Source: an uncultured Actinomycetes bacterium (GTDB lineage: Bacteria > Actinomycetota > Coriobacteriia > Anaerosomatales > PHET01). Taken from it: DNA of 64,000 nucleotides. The stretch spans positions 122,527-186,526 of the forward strand of contig CAVOYK010000011.1 of assembly GCA_963700665.1 (NCBI GenBank), read 5' to 3'. Both the position numbers and the translations under genes were made by a program. This document shows, in pieces, positions 39,449-49,088 of the stretch (the first letter of the stretch is position 1; every line of letters begins with the position of its first letter). Below the pieces are notes generated by a model. That model saw only the letters and a program-made list of their open reading frames with translations. It made no database searches and had not been told where the DNA came from.

Positions 39449-40714
39449 TCAAGCCCCGTGCCCTCGTCGCCCGCGCGCAGCAGCAGCGCCAAGGCGATGA
39501 ACGTGGACAGCAGCGACGAGCCGCCGTAGCTCACGAACGGAAGCGTGACGCCGGTCAGCGGGATCAGCCGGGTCACGCCGCCGACGATCACGAACGCCTG
39601 CAGCCCGATCGACGCGACGAGCCCCACCGCCGTGAACGCCGCCATGTCGGTCTTCGCCCGAGCGGCGGTGGCGATTCCGCGGACGCACAAGCACCAGGAA
39701 GCACAGCACGACCGCGGCCGCACCGAGCAGCCCGAGCTCCTCGCCGATCGCCGAGAAGATGAAGTCGGTCTCGACGAACGGGATCCGCGTGGGCAGGCCC
39801 TGCCCCGGCCCGGTGCCGATCATCCCGCCGGCCGCCAGCGCGAACAGCGACTGCACGAGCTGGTAGCCGCGGCCCGCGGGGTCGGCGAACGGGTCGATCC
39901 AGATCGCGATGCGCGACTGCACGTGATCGAAGGCCCGGTAGGCGAAGTACGCCCCCGCGGCGAACAGCCCGAGTCCAACCACCACGTAGGCCGCCCGGCC
40001 GGTGGCCACGTAGATCATGACAAGGAAGATGCCGAACAGCAGCAGCGACGAGCCCAAGGTCGCGTTCGAACACGAGCACGAACAGCGAGGCGAGCCACAT
40101 CAGCAGCAAGCGGGCCGAGCGTTCGAGGCTCGGGCAGCCGCAAGCCCAAGAACGCGCCGTGTCGAGACCGACAGCATCTCGCGGTTCTCGGCGAGGTAGG
40201 CGGCGAGGAACAAGATGATGAAGATCTTCGCAAGCTCGCCGGGCTGGAAGGTGAAGCCGCCGAACTTGATCCAGAGCTTGGCGCCGTTGATCTCGCGGCC
40301 GATGAGTGCCGGCAGCACCAGCAGCACGATGCCCACGAGCATGATCGTGTACTTGTAGCGGGCCAGCCGTTCGAGCGACGGCACCGCGATCAGGGTGATC
40401 ACGAGCGCAGCGACGCCGATGAACAGCCACATCACCTGGCTGGCCGCCAGCTCGCGGTCGAGGCGCGTCACGAACGCCAGCCCCAGGCCGGACAGGACGA
40501 ACGCCGCCGGCAGCAAAGCGGGGTCGGCCTGCGGGGCGAACCTCCGCACGGCGAGGTGCGCGATCACGAACGCAACGAGCAGGGCCGCGGGGACGGCGAG
40601 GCTCGTCCACGCGAACTCCCGCGTCGCCTGGGTCTCGACGAGCGCGAAGACCAGCAGCACGGGCAGCGCCGCTGCCAGCAGGAGCAGAAGCTCTGTTGCT
40701 CGCCGTGTGCGCAT
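39449..40714 (-). CDS. rodA: SEDS-family peptidoglycan polymerase RodA/FtsW; at least 3 frame breaks, 3' end unresolved
   Basis: It starts MRTRRATELLLLLAAALPVLLV (ATG 40714). The rest reads KLWIKFGGFTFQPGELAKI, LLLFGIFLVMIYVATGR, GYQLVQSLFALAAGGMIGTGPGQG, ETDFIFSAIGEELG and LIPLTGVTLPFVSYGGSS, spread over several frames. The last block runs in frame into pbpA without a stop. A TGA at 39449-39451 lies in the middle-segment frame. Confidence 0.8.
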
Positions 40715-40719
40715 CTCGG

Positions 40720-41859
40720 TCAGGGGCTCGGGGTAGGGGTGGGCTCGACGCCGGGCGCGAGCCCATCCAGCATGAGCCCATTGGCTCCGGTGGGCGGGAG
40801 CATCTCCCGGTAGCTTGCCGCCAGGTGTACCGCCTCCTCGACGCTTGCCACCTGCTCGCCTTGCGCGAGCCGTTGCTGAGCCGAAGGGGGCAGCGCCGCG
40901 ATCGGAACGCCGGTATCGACGAGTCGCCACTTCAGCGAGACGCCCGCGATCTCGCCGGGCACGCCTCGGTAGACCACTACGACGCCGTTCTCGGCGATCA
41001 GGAACGCTCTGCGTTGCGCGTACAGGTAGGTCCCGTATCCGATGGCGCCAACGATCAGCGCGAGGGCGAGGACCCACAAGAAGACCGAGACAACGCCTCG
41101 AAGCCGCCGGTCGCTATCGCGCATCCCGCTTGCAGGGGTTGCGGTGGTGTCGATGTCGACCACGACCACACTGATGTTGTCGTGGCCGCCGGACTCGTTG
41201 GCCGCATCGATCAGCGCCCTGGCGGTGGTGTCGGGGTCGCGGTAGCCGCCGAGGATCTCGGCGATCCGTGCGTCTTCGAGCATCCCGGTCAGCCCGTCCG
41301 AGCACAGCAGCAGCCGATCGCCCGCAGTCGCGTCGATGTCGTAGGCGTCGGCGACCATGTTCACGTCGGTTCCCAGCGCACGAGTGATGACGCTGCGGTT
41401 CGGGTGTATGCGGGCGTCGGACTCGGTGATCTGGCCTCGGCGAATCATGTCGGCGACCATCGAGTGGTCTTGGGTGATGCGCTGGAGCGTGCCGTCGTGT
41501 AGCAGGTAGGCGCGCGAGTCGCCCACCTGCGAGAGTGCGATGCGGCCTCCCTCGACGATAGCCGCGGTGATCGTCGTGCCCATGCCCGACTTGCCGATGC
41601 CTTCACGGGCGGCTCGCATGACCTCTCGATTCGCCGCGCGCACGGCTCTGGCGAGGGCGTTCGAGTCGGCGTGGCGTGGCGCGTGATCGCGCAGCGTCTC
41701 GACCGCGATCGAGCTGGCCACCTCACCGGCCTCGTGACCGCCCAGCCCGTCGGCCACCACGAACAGCGGTGGTTGCGCCAGCACGGAGTCCTCGTTGTGC
41801 GAGCGGCTCAGGCCAACGTCGCTCAGTGAAGCGAAGTTCGGCTTGGGTCTCGCGGTCAT
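40720..41859 (-). CDS. pstP: PP2C-family Ser/Thr phosphatase PstP with a TM helix and extracytoplasmic tail
   Basis: Intact 379-aa ORF with SDVGLSRSHNEDS, VADGLGGHEAGEVAS, GTTITAA and CSDGLTGM. A TM helix (GVVSVFLWVLALALIVGAIGYGTYLY) is present. The ATG overlaps the fhaB stop (ATGA). Confidence 0.9.
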   Translation of the reverse strand: MTARPKPNFASLSDVGLSRSHNEDSVLAQPPLFVVADGLGGHEAGEVASSIAVETLRDHAPRHADSNALARAVRAANREVMRAAREGIGKSGMGTTITAAIVEGGRIALSQVGDSRAYLLHDGTLQRITQDHSMVADMIRRGQITESDARIHPNRSVITRALGTDVNMVADAYDIDATAGDRLLLCSDGLTGMLEDARIAEILGGYRDPDTTARALIDAANESGGHDNISVVVVDIDTTATPASGMRDSDRRLRGVVSVFLWVLALALIVGAIGYGTYLYAQRRAFLIAENGVVVVYRGVPGEIAGVSLKWRLVDTGVPIAALPPSAQQRLAQGEQVASVEEAVHLAASYREMLPPTGANGLMLDGLAPGVEPTPTPSP

Positions 41860-42272
41860 GAGCGGTCGACCTTCAGGCGCACGGCTCCGATGTCGATGGT
41901 GTCGCCGGGGCGCAGGGTCGTGGGCACCGAGAGCGGAAGGCCGTTGAGCAGCGTGCCGTTCGTGGAGCCCAAGTCCTCTGCGATGGCGTCGGTGCCGGCC
42001 GGCGACACGCGGGCGTGACGCGCCGAGACGAAGTCGTCCCCGATCACGATGTCTGCGCCCGGTGAGCGGCCGATGACCACCGGACCGTCGACGGGCACGG
42101 TGACGCCGAGGAGTTCGGGCGGCCCCTTCGCCACCGCGAGGGTGAAGCTCCCGGCGGAGGTTGTGCGCTGACCCGAGACAAGTCCGATGCCTGCGCGGAT
42201 CGCCGCAAGCAGGAACAGGTAGAGCAGGGCCAACAGGAGCAGTCTGCCGGCCAGGAGCACGACATCGATCAC
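41856..42272 (-). CDS. fhaB: Membrane-anchored FHA-domain protein FhaB/FipA
   Basis: Intact 138 aa. An N-terminal TM helix is followed by an FHA domain (VVIGRSPGADIVIGDDFVSARHARV...DLGSTNGTLLNG). Confidence 0.8.
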   Translation of the reverse strand: MIDVVLLAGRLLLLALLYLFLLAAIRAGIGLVSGQRTTSAGSFTLAVAKGPPELLGVTVPVDGPVVIGRSPGADIVIGDDFVSARHARVSPAGTDAIAEDLGSTNGTLLNGLPLSVPTTLRPGDTIDIGAVRLKVDRS

Positions 42273-42278
42273 TGCGAA

Positions 42279-43130
42279 TCAGCTCCTCGGCTCGTGGTAG
42301 ACAAGCTCCGAGGTACCTATCGTGACGGTGTCACCGTCCCGCAGGCGTACGCGATCGATCTTCTCCCCGTTGACGAGGGTGCCGTTGGTCGAGCCCAAGT
42401 CCACGACCACCCATCCGGTGCCCTCGCGCTCGAGGGCCACGTGCTCTCTGGACGCGTTCGCGTCATCGAGGCACACGTCGCACGTCTTCAGTCGGCCGAT
42501 GACGATCCGCTCGCCCGCAAGCGTCACATCCTGTGCGAAACCGGGAACCGTGACGGTCGCGACGCCGCTGGTGGCGGGTGGTCGGGCGGTCACCTCCGCG
42601 TCGAAGACGGCTGGCACGACCGCAGTGGGCTGCACGACCGCGGCAGGCGGTCTGACTGCGGCCGGTTCGTGGACCGAACCCTCCGGCTCTCCCAGTTCGG
42701 CGGCGATCTCCTCGGGAGAGAGAAGCTCGCCGATGACCATGAAGCGCCCGAGCTTGAGTTCGTCGTCGATAAGGAAGCGGACGACGGGCCGTGCCGCCAG
42801 TTTGTAGTCTCGCTCCCGCGCGTAGCTGACCAGGTAGGTCGCGAGCTCGCCGCCGAGAGTGTCGGCGAATCCGCCGAGCGCATCGCCGTCTTTGGGCGAG
42901 AGCAACACCGAGTACATGGTGGGCGCGTAGACCTTGCCGACACCCAGCTTCTTGCGCCGGTCCATCTCCTTGGCGCACGCTCGCGCGAGCTCGGCGGGTT
43001 GCACGGGAGAACGGAACACGCCGGCGAACACGCGCTCGACAGCGCCCGACACGCGATCTTCGAAGTCAGATAGGATGCTCAGCTCTCGATCAACTCCCGC
43101 GAATCGTGAGGGCCTAGCGCACCTCGTCAT
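42279..43130 (-). CDS. fhaA: FhaA (DUF3662 plus C-terminal FHA domain)
   Basis: The N-terminal block is LSILSDFEDRVSGAVERVFAGVFRSPVQPAELARACAKEMD. The C-terminal FHA domain is IVIGRLKTCDVCLDDANASREHVAL...DLGSTNGTLVNG. The start is uncertain: ATG 43130 overlaps the upstream kinase, and CTG 43082 has a better-placed GGGAG. Confidence 0.8.
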   Translation of the reverse strand: MTRCARPSRFAGVDRELSILSDFEDRVSGAVERVFAGVFRSPVQPAELARACAKEMDRRKKLGVGKVYAPTMYSVLLSPKDGDALGGFADTLGGELATYLVSYARERDYKLAARPVVRFLIDDELKLGRFMVIGELLSPEEIAAELGEPEGSVHEPAAVRPPAAVVQPTAVVPAVFDAEVTARPPATSGVATVTVPGFAQDVTLAGERIVIGRLKTCDVCLDDANASREHVALEREGTGWVVVDLGSTNGTLVNGEKIDRVRLRDGDTVTIGTSELVYHEPRS

Positions 43131-44855
43131 CCTCGGCGCGAATGGGAGCGCCAAGAGCGGTCACGAGCAGCATCAGTATAAGTGAGGCGCCCAAGGAGAT
43201 TGCGAGGCTGTTGCCTGCCCATTGACCGGTCGACTCCCAGACGTCAGCCACGCGAGCGGCGAGCAGGTAGGAGCCGGCCATCGCCGCAGTGCCTCCGAGC
43301 GCTCCGAGTACCGCCCCCAGCCTGGTCGCACGCGAGCACGCCAGCGACATTATCGCGGCCGCCAGCGGCCATCCGGCCAGGGCGACGTAGGCGGCAGGGG
43401 AGGTCGCAAGCGCACGGATACTGGCGAGTGCGAGTCCGCTTCGCCAGACGTCGAGCACGTAGGGCGGCCACACGTCGAGGTACGGCACACCCCTGGCCGA
43501 GACCGCTGCCGCCACCGCCGTGAGTACCCCGCCGAACAGCGCCGTGGCAGCTGCGGCGAGCGGGCGCAGGGCGAATCCTGCCAGAAGTGGCTGGAACGGT
43601 GCGACTTGGACCGCCGCAAGCACCGGACCCGCGAGGGGCAGGACCGCCGCGCCCGGGCTGCGGCGGGCAAGCAGCCACCACCACAACACGCCGGCGACGA
43701 GCATTCCCGCCCCAACGACCCACGCCCCGGACGCGAACACGCCGACGATCAGCAGGCCGAGCCCGAGTCCCATGCCAAGGGAGGGGGCGAGCGCTCCGGC
43801 GGCAGCGACGAGCCCTACCGCCCCAAGCATTGCTGCGGTCTCGAGGCCGAACGGCACGAGCCCGGACCACGCCAGCCATCCGGCCTCCACGGCGGCGACG
43901 GCGCGCAGAAGCAGCGAACCGAGCCGACCCTGCAGTCTGTCCCACACCCCGACGACCTCGAGACCGGGTGCTCTGCTCGGCCTCCTCGTCAGCGTAGGTA
44001 TCGACGAGTTCGGCGAGCGACTGCCTGCCCGCAGACGGGTCGCCGAGAAACACAGTGAGCGCTGCAGCGAAGTCAGACACCGAAGCGTAGCGGTCCTGTG
44101 GGTCGTCAGCCAATGCGGCGAGCAAGACGTCGTCGATCTGGCGTGGCAGCTCTGGCTCGTACGAGGAGGGGAGAGGCGGGTCGTAGGTCTTGAGCCGGCT
44201 CGATCGCTGCTTCGAGCGTATCCTCTGCGAAGGGGTTGTCCCCGGTGATCGCCTCGAAGACGAGCGCCGCAACCGCCCACTCGTCGGTGCGCTCGGAGAC
44301 CCGCTCGCCCTCCAGCTGTTCGAGCGGCATGTAGCCCAGCGTGCCCCCATACGCCGATGTGTGACCCGAGAGACTCGATAGCTCGGCGATGCCGAAGTCG
44401 GCCACCTTCACCCGCCCGTCGCGCATGACAAGGACGTTGTCCGGCTTGATGTCGAGGTGCAGCACGCCGTTGTCGTGAGCGAAGGAGAGCGCGCGCTCCA
44501 CGGCGTCGACGACCGCAGACGCTTCGTCGAGGGTCAGCGGTCCGCCCGCTCGGTCCAGCAGGTCAGCCAGGCTCGCCCCGTCGACGTACTCCATCACCAA
44601 GAACGCCTCGTCCGAGTCTGTGTCGAAATCGAAGACCGTCACGATGTTGGGGTGAGCGAGCATCGCCGCCGTCCGCGCCTCGGCCAGTCCGGGCGGCTGG
44701 TGGGGCCTACCACGGTTGTCGAGGGGAAAGGGGAGCCGCTTGATGGCGACTCGGCGCTGCATCCGAGTGTCCCAGGCGAGCGTCACGGTGCCGAATCCAC
44801 CCTCGCCGAGTTCTGCGAGGGGCCGGTACCTATCAAGAATGAGTTGACCCTCCAC
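43114..44855 (-). CDS. Ser/Thr protein kinase fused to a C-terminal polytopic (about 8 TM) membrane domain; two frame breaks
   Basis: GTG 44855 follows GGGGAG. The kinase blocks are GEGGFGTVTLAWD, VAIKRL, HLDIKPDNVLV, DFGIAE and GTLGYMPLEQ. After shifts near 44240 and 43960 there is a ~290-aa Ala/Gly/Leu/Trp-rich multi-TM region that I could not assign to a family. Confidence 0.75.
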
Positions 44856-44932
44856 CGCGCTCCCCGTGCGTAGGGCACCCTCTCGTGCGGGCGACGCCTT
44901 GAATTCTACCGCGAGATCGCCTGGCGGCTGGC

Positions 44933-44977
44933 TTGACGCTACGCTCGGTCCCGCATATAGTTCGAGACTCAAACTAT
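44933..44977 (+). promoter_or_regulatory. Candidate promoter and operator of the marR-RND unit
   Basis: TTGACG lies at 44933-44938, followed by a 17-nt spacer and TATAGT at 44956-44961. The inverted repeat ATAGTT-N9-AACTAT (44957-44977) overlaps the -10 element. It lies 24-68 nt upstream of the MarR ATG. Confidence 0.4.
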
Positions 44978-45000
44978 TCGACCGATGAAACGAACGGTGC

Positions 45001-45450
45001 ATGGACCAGATCAACGACGCGCTGCTCGACGAACTCGATGACGCGATTCTACGTATGGGACGCATCATGGCGGCTCGGCACACGGGGCCGGAGTGCTGTC
45101 CCGACTCGCTCACGTTGTCCCAGACCATGCTGCTGCGCGGTCTCGAGAGCTTCGGACCGAGCAAGATGAGTGACGTCGCCGCCATGATGGCGATCAAGCC
45201 CCCCGCCGCTTCAGCCGCGATCGCCGCGCTGGAGAAGGACGGCTACGTCGAACGCGTCCACGACGACGAAGACCGCAGGGTGACGCTCGTCCACGTCACC
45301 GACGAGGGAATCACCGCACTGCACAACGCCGAGAAGCTGAGGCGCGAGATGATGCGCCGCTACCTGGCTGTCCTTTCCGAGGACGACGTCCGCTCCCTGA
45401 TCCGTATCCATCACGTGCTGAGCACGGCGATGGACGAGGGGCGAGCCTAG
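45001..45450 (+). CDS. MarR-family transcriptional regulator
   Basis: Intact 149 aa. The winged-helix core is LTLSQTMLLRGLESFGPSKMSDVAAMMAIKPPAASAAIAALEKDGYVERVHDDEDRRVTLVHVTDEG. Confidence 0.85.
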   Translation: MDQINDALLDELDDAILRMGRIMAARHTGPECCPDSLTLSQTMLLRGLESFGPSKMSDVAAMMAIKPPAASAAIAALEKDGYVERVHDDEDRRVTLVHVTDEGITALHNAEKLRREMMRRYLAVLSEDDVRSLIRIHHVLSTAMDEGRA

Positions 45451-45525
45451 TCCACAGCGCGCCGTTCGCGCCCCCGCCCGACACTTCGACCTACCGCTCC
45501 GACCCACGAAAGCGAGACTCCACGA

Positions 45526-48500
45526 ATGGACCGCATCACACGCTTCTCACTGCGCAACAGCGCCGCCGTCATCCTCGTGGCCGTGCTCGTCAGCCTCGGC
45601 GGACTGTGGTCTGCCGGCCAGCTGAAGAAAGAGACGATGCCGGATATCAGCATCCCCATCGTCGCGGTGGTCACCCCCTACCCGGGCGCTGCGCCCGGCG
45701 ACGTCTACGACAACGTCACCGAACCGCTCGAAAAGGCGATGCGCGGTGTGGCCGGCGCCAAGCGGGTGAGCGCATCGTCTGGCGACTCCGTCTCGGCAGT
45801 CATAGTGGAGTTCACCTTCTCGGAAGACATGGAGAAGGCCGAGCAGAACGTCAACAAGGCGCTGCAGACCGTCAAGCTCCCCGAGAACGCGCTCGACCCC
45901 AAGGTGAGCCGCATCACCTTCGGCTCGGCTCCGATCATGAAGCTCGCGATCCTGGCACCGGGAACCAACTCAGAGCTGCTGCGGGCCGACGTGCGCGACA
46001 ACGTGATTCCGGCTCTGCAGGGCGTCGAGGGAGTGGGCGAGGCGAAGCTCGCCGCCGACTCGCCGTCGTCGATTCGGATCGCGCTCGATCCCGAGCGACT
46101 CAAAGACGAGGGCCTGACGGCCGAGAGCGTCATCCAGCAGCTGCAGGCGGCCAACCTGTCGTTCCCGATCGGTGCGGTCGACCTTGGCAAGACGACTCAG
46201 CCCATCCGCGTGGGCGGCACGATCGAGAGCGTCGAGGACATCGAGGACTTCCAGATCGCGGTCTATCCCGAACCAGAACGAGATCATGGGCGACGCGTTC
46301 GCCCAGATCGGCACCGGCATGGCGGGGTTGGGCAAGGCGGTCGGCGGGCTCGCGCAGGGCATGGGTGCGATGGGGCAGGGCATGGGCGCGCTCGGCTCGG
46401 CGACCGGCGAGATCGGCATGCAGGCGGGGCTGATCAACGGGATCCAGCAGCTGCAGGGGCAGATGTACTCGCTGAAGTACGACACGCTGCCGAGCTTGAA
46501 GGCGGCCGCATCGTCGATGCCTACGAGCACGCCGGAGTACGCTCAGCTTCAGGGTCAGATCACCTACATCGAGACGCAGGCTCTGCCGGGCATGCAGGCC
46601 GCCGTCGACGACATGCAGTCGCAGATCACCGCGTCGCAGAAGAAGCTCATGGCGCAGTCGGGCGGCTCTTCGTCGGCCATGCCGGCGTCGGGCGGCAGCA
46701 TGTCGATGCCGTCCGGCGGCAGCAGCAACTCCAAGATGAAGATGAAGATCGGCGCGGTGAGATTGGCCGAGGTCGCAGACGTGACGTACGGCCCGGCCGA
46801 CGGAACGGTGGGAAGTCGCGCGATGGGTGCACCGGCCGCGCTCATCGACATCACCAAGACGCAAGACGCGAACACCGTGGACGTCACCGAGAAGGTCCTC
46901 GCCGAGATGGACAGGCTCAAGACGGACCTGCCCAGCGAGCGCCAAGGTCATCACCGTCTACGACGCGAGCAAGGGCATCAACGCGTCGGTCGACGGCATG
47001 GTACGAGAGGGGCTCCTCGGCGCGCTGTTCGCGGTCATCGTGATCCTGCTGTTCTTGCGCAGCTGGCGCGCGACCGTCATCGCCGCGATCTCGATACCGC
47101 TCTCGGTGCTGATCGCGATGGTGATGCTCAAGTGGACCGGGGTAACGCTCAACGTCATGACGCTGGGCGGAATGACCGTGGCCATAGGCCGCGTTGTCGA
47201 CGACTCCATCGTCGTCATCGAGAACATATTCAGACACATCCAGCGCGGTGACGCGGCGACTCCGGACCTGGTTCGCGCCGCGACAGCCGAGGTCTCCTCG
47301 GCGATCACGAGCTCGACGCTCACCACGGTTGCGGTGTTCCTGCCTCTGGGGATCGTGACCGGCGTGATCGGCAAGATCTTCCTGCCCTTCGCGCTCACGG
47401 TCGCCATAGCGCTTCTTGCGTCGCTGCTCGTTGCGGTCACGATCGTGCCGCTGATGGCCAAGTGGCTCCTGCTTCGCTCGAAGGTGCCGGTCCTGGAGAG
47501 CGAGACCGAGTCGAAGCCCATGGGCGCGTATCGACGCGCGCTTGGCTGGTCTTTGCGCCATCGCTGGGCGGTGGTCGCCGGCGCGCTGGCGCTGTTCATC
47601 GGCTCGCTCGCGCTCATCCCGCTCATCGGCACCGGTTTCGTGCCCGAGACCAAGGAGAAGTACGTCCAGATCGAGGTGAGCTACCCCGAAGGCACCAAGG
47701 CCACCGAGGTCGACACCACCGTGCGCGGCATCGAGAAGGTGCTGGCTGCCGAGAAGGGCATCGAGCTCTATCAGAGCACGATCGGCGGATCGAGCGACTT
47801 CAGCATGTCGGGCGACCTGGGCGGTACGAACAAGGCGATGTCGTTCGTGCGCCTGAACTCAGGAGCGAACACCGATGCGGTCATCGCGAACCTCAGGAAG
47901 CAGACCGACGGGCTTGAGGTCGACGGCGCCAAGATCGTCTACCAGCGCGTGGACAGCTCGGGCACGAACAGTTCTCTCGAAGTGATCATCACCGGCGACG
48001 ACTTCGCCGACATCCGCACGGCGGCCGACCAGGTCGAGGCGACGATGCGCAAGAACGGGTCGCTTGAGAACGTGTCGAGCAACCTGGGTGAAAGCCGCAA
48101 GCAGCTCGTCGTGAACGTGGACCAGGAGAAGGCCGCGAAGTACGGCCTGAACGCCGCGATGGTCGCAGGTACCGTCCGCGGATTCGTCGCCGAGCAGACC
48201 GCCGGCAGCATCAAGGTCGACGGCAAGCCCACCGACGTGGTCTACACCCTGGTGCTGGACCCGGTGAAGAAGGCTACTGAGATGCGCAACCTCGAGCTTT
48301 CCACGCCGCTTGGCAAGACCATCAAGCTCTCCAAGATCGCCAAGGTCGAGGAGGCCGGTTCTCCCATCGCCGTGCTGACGCGTGACGGCAACCAGTACGC
48401 GTCTGTGAGCGGGCGCATCTCCGATCGCGACTCCGGCTCGGTCATCTCGGCTGTTACTGCTGACGTCGAGAAGCTCAAGCTCCCGGCGGGCGTGACCACT

Positions 48501-49082
48501 GAGATAGGCGGGACCGCCGAGCAGATGAACGAGTCGTTCTCCCAGCTGGGTGTTGCGATGCTGATCGCGATCGGCGCCGTCTACCTGGTCATGATCATCG
48601 CGTTCGGCGAGGCCATCGCTCCGCTGGCGATCATGTTCTCGCTGCCGCTTGCAGTCGTTGGCGGGCTCTTCGGCCTGCTCATCGCCGGCCTTCCGCTCGA
48701 CATCCCGGCGATGATCGGCGCGCTGATGCTCATCGGTATCGTTGTGGCCAACGCGATCGTGCTCGTGGACCGCGTCCAGCAGAAGCGCCACGAGGGCATG
48801 ACTCGCCGAGACGCGCTCGTCGATGCTGGCATGACCCGCATGCGACCGATCCTGATGACCGCTGCGACCACCATCATGGCGCTGGCTCCGCTCGCCTCAG
48901 GCTTCGCCGAGGGTGCGCTGATCAGTCAGTCGCTCGCGGTGATCGTCATCGGCGGTCTGACGACGTCGACGCTGCTCACGCTGATCGTGGTGCCGGTCGC
49001 CTACGACCTGCTCGAGGGTGCGAAGGAGCGGATCATGGGCACGCCTATCGCCGAGGAGTCGGCGGCGCCCGAGGGAGTGTAG
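45526..49082 (+). CDS. RND (AcrB/HAE-type) efflux permease with a ~159-aa insert; two frame breaks (~46272 and ~46935)
   Basis: The N-terminus RFSLRNSAAVILVAVLVSLGG...PDISIPIVAVVTPYPGAAP is typical. The conserved TM region reads REGLLGALFAVIVILLFLRSWRATVIAAISIPLSVL...TLGGMTVAIGRVVDDSIVVIEN, and the second half reads AIAPLAIMFSLPLAVVGG...GIVVANAIVLVD. The total is about 1185 codons once frames are joined. Confidence 0.85.
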
Positions 49083-49088
49083 CTGAGG

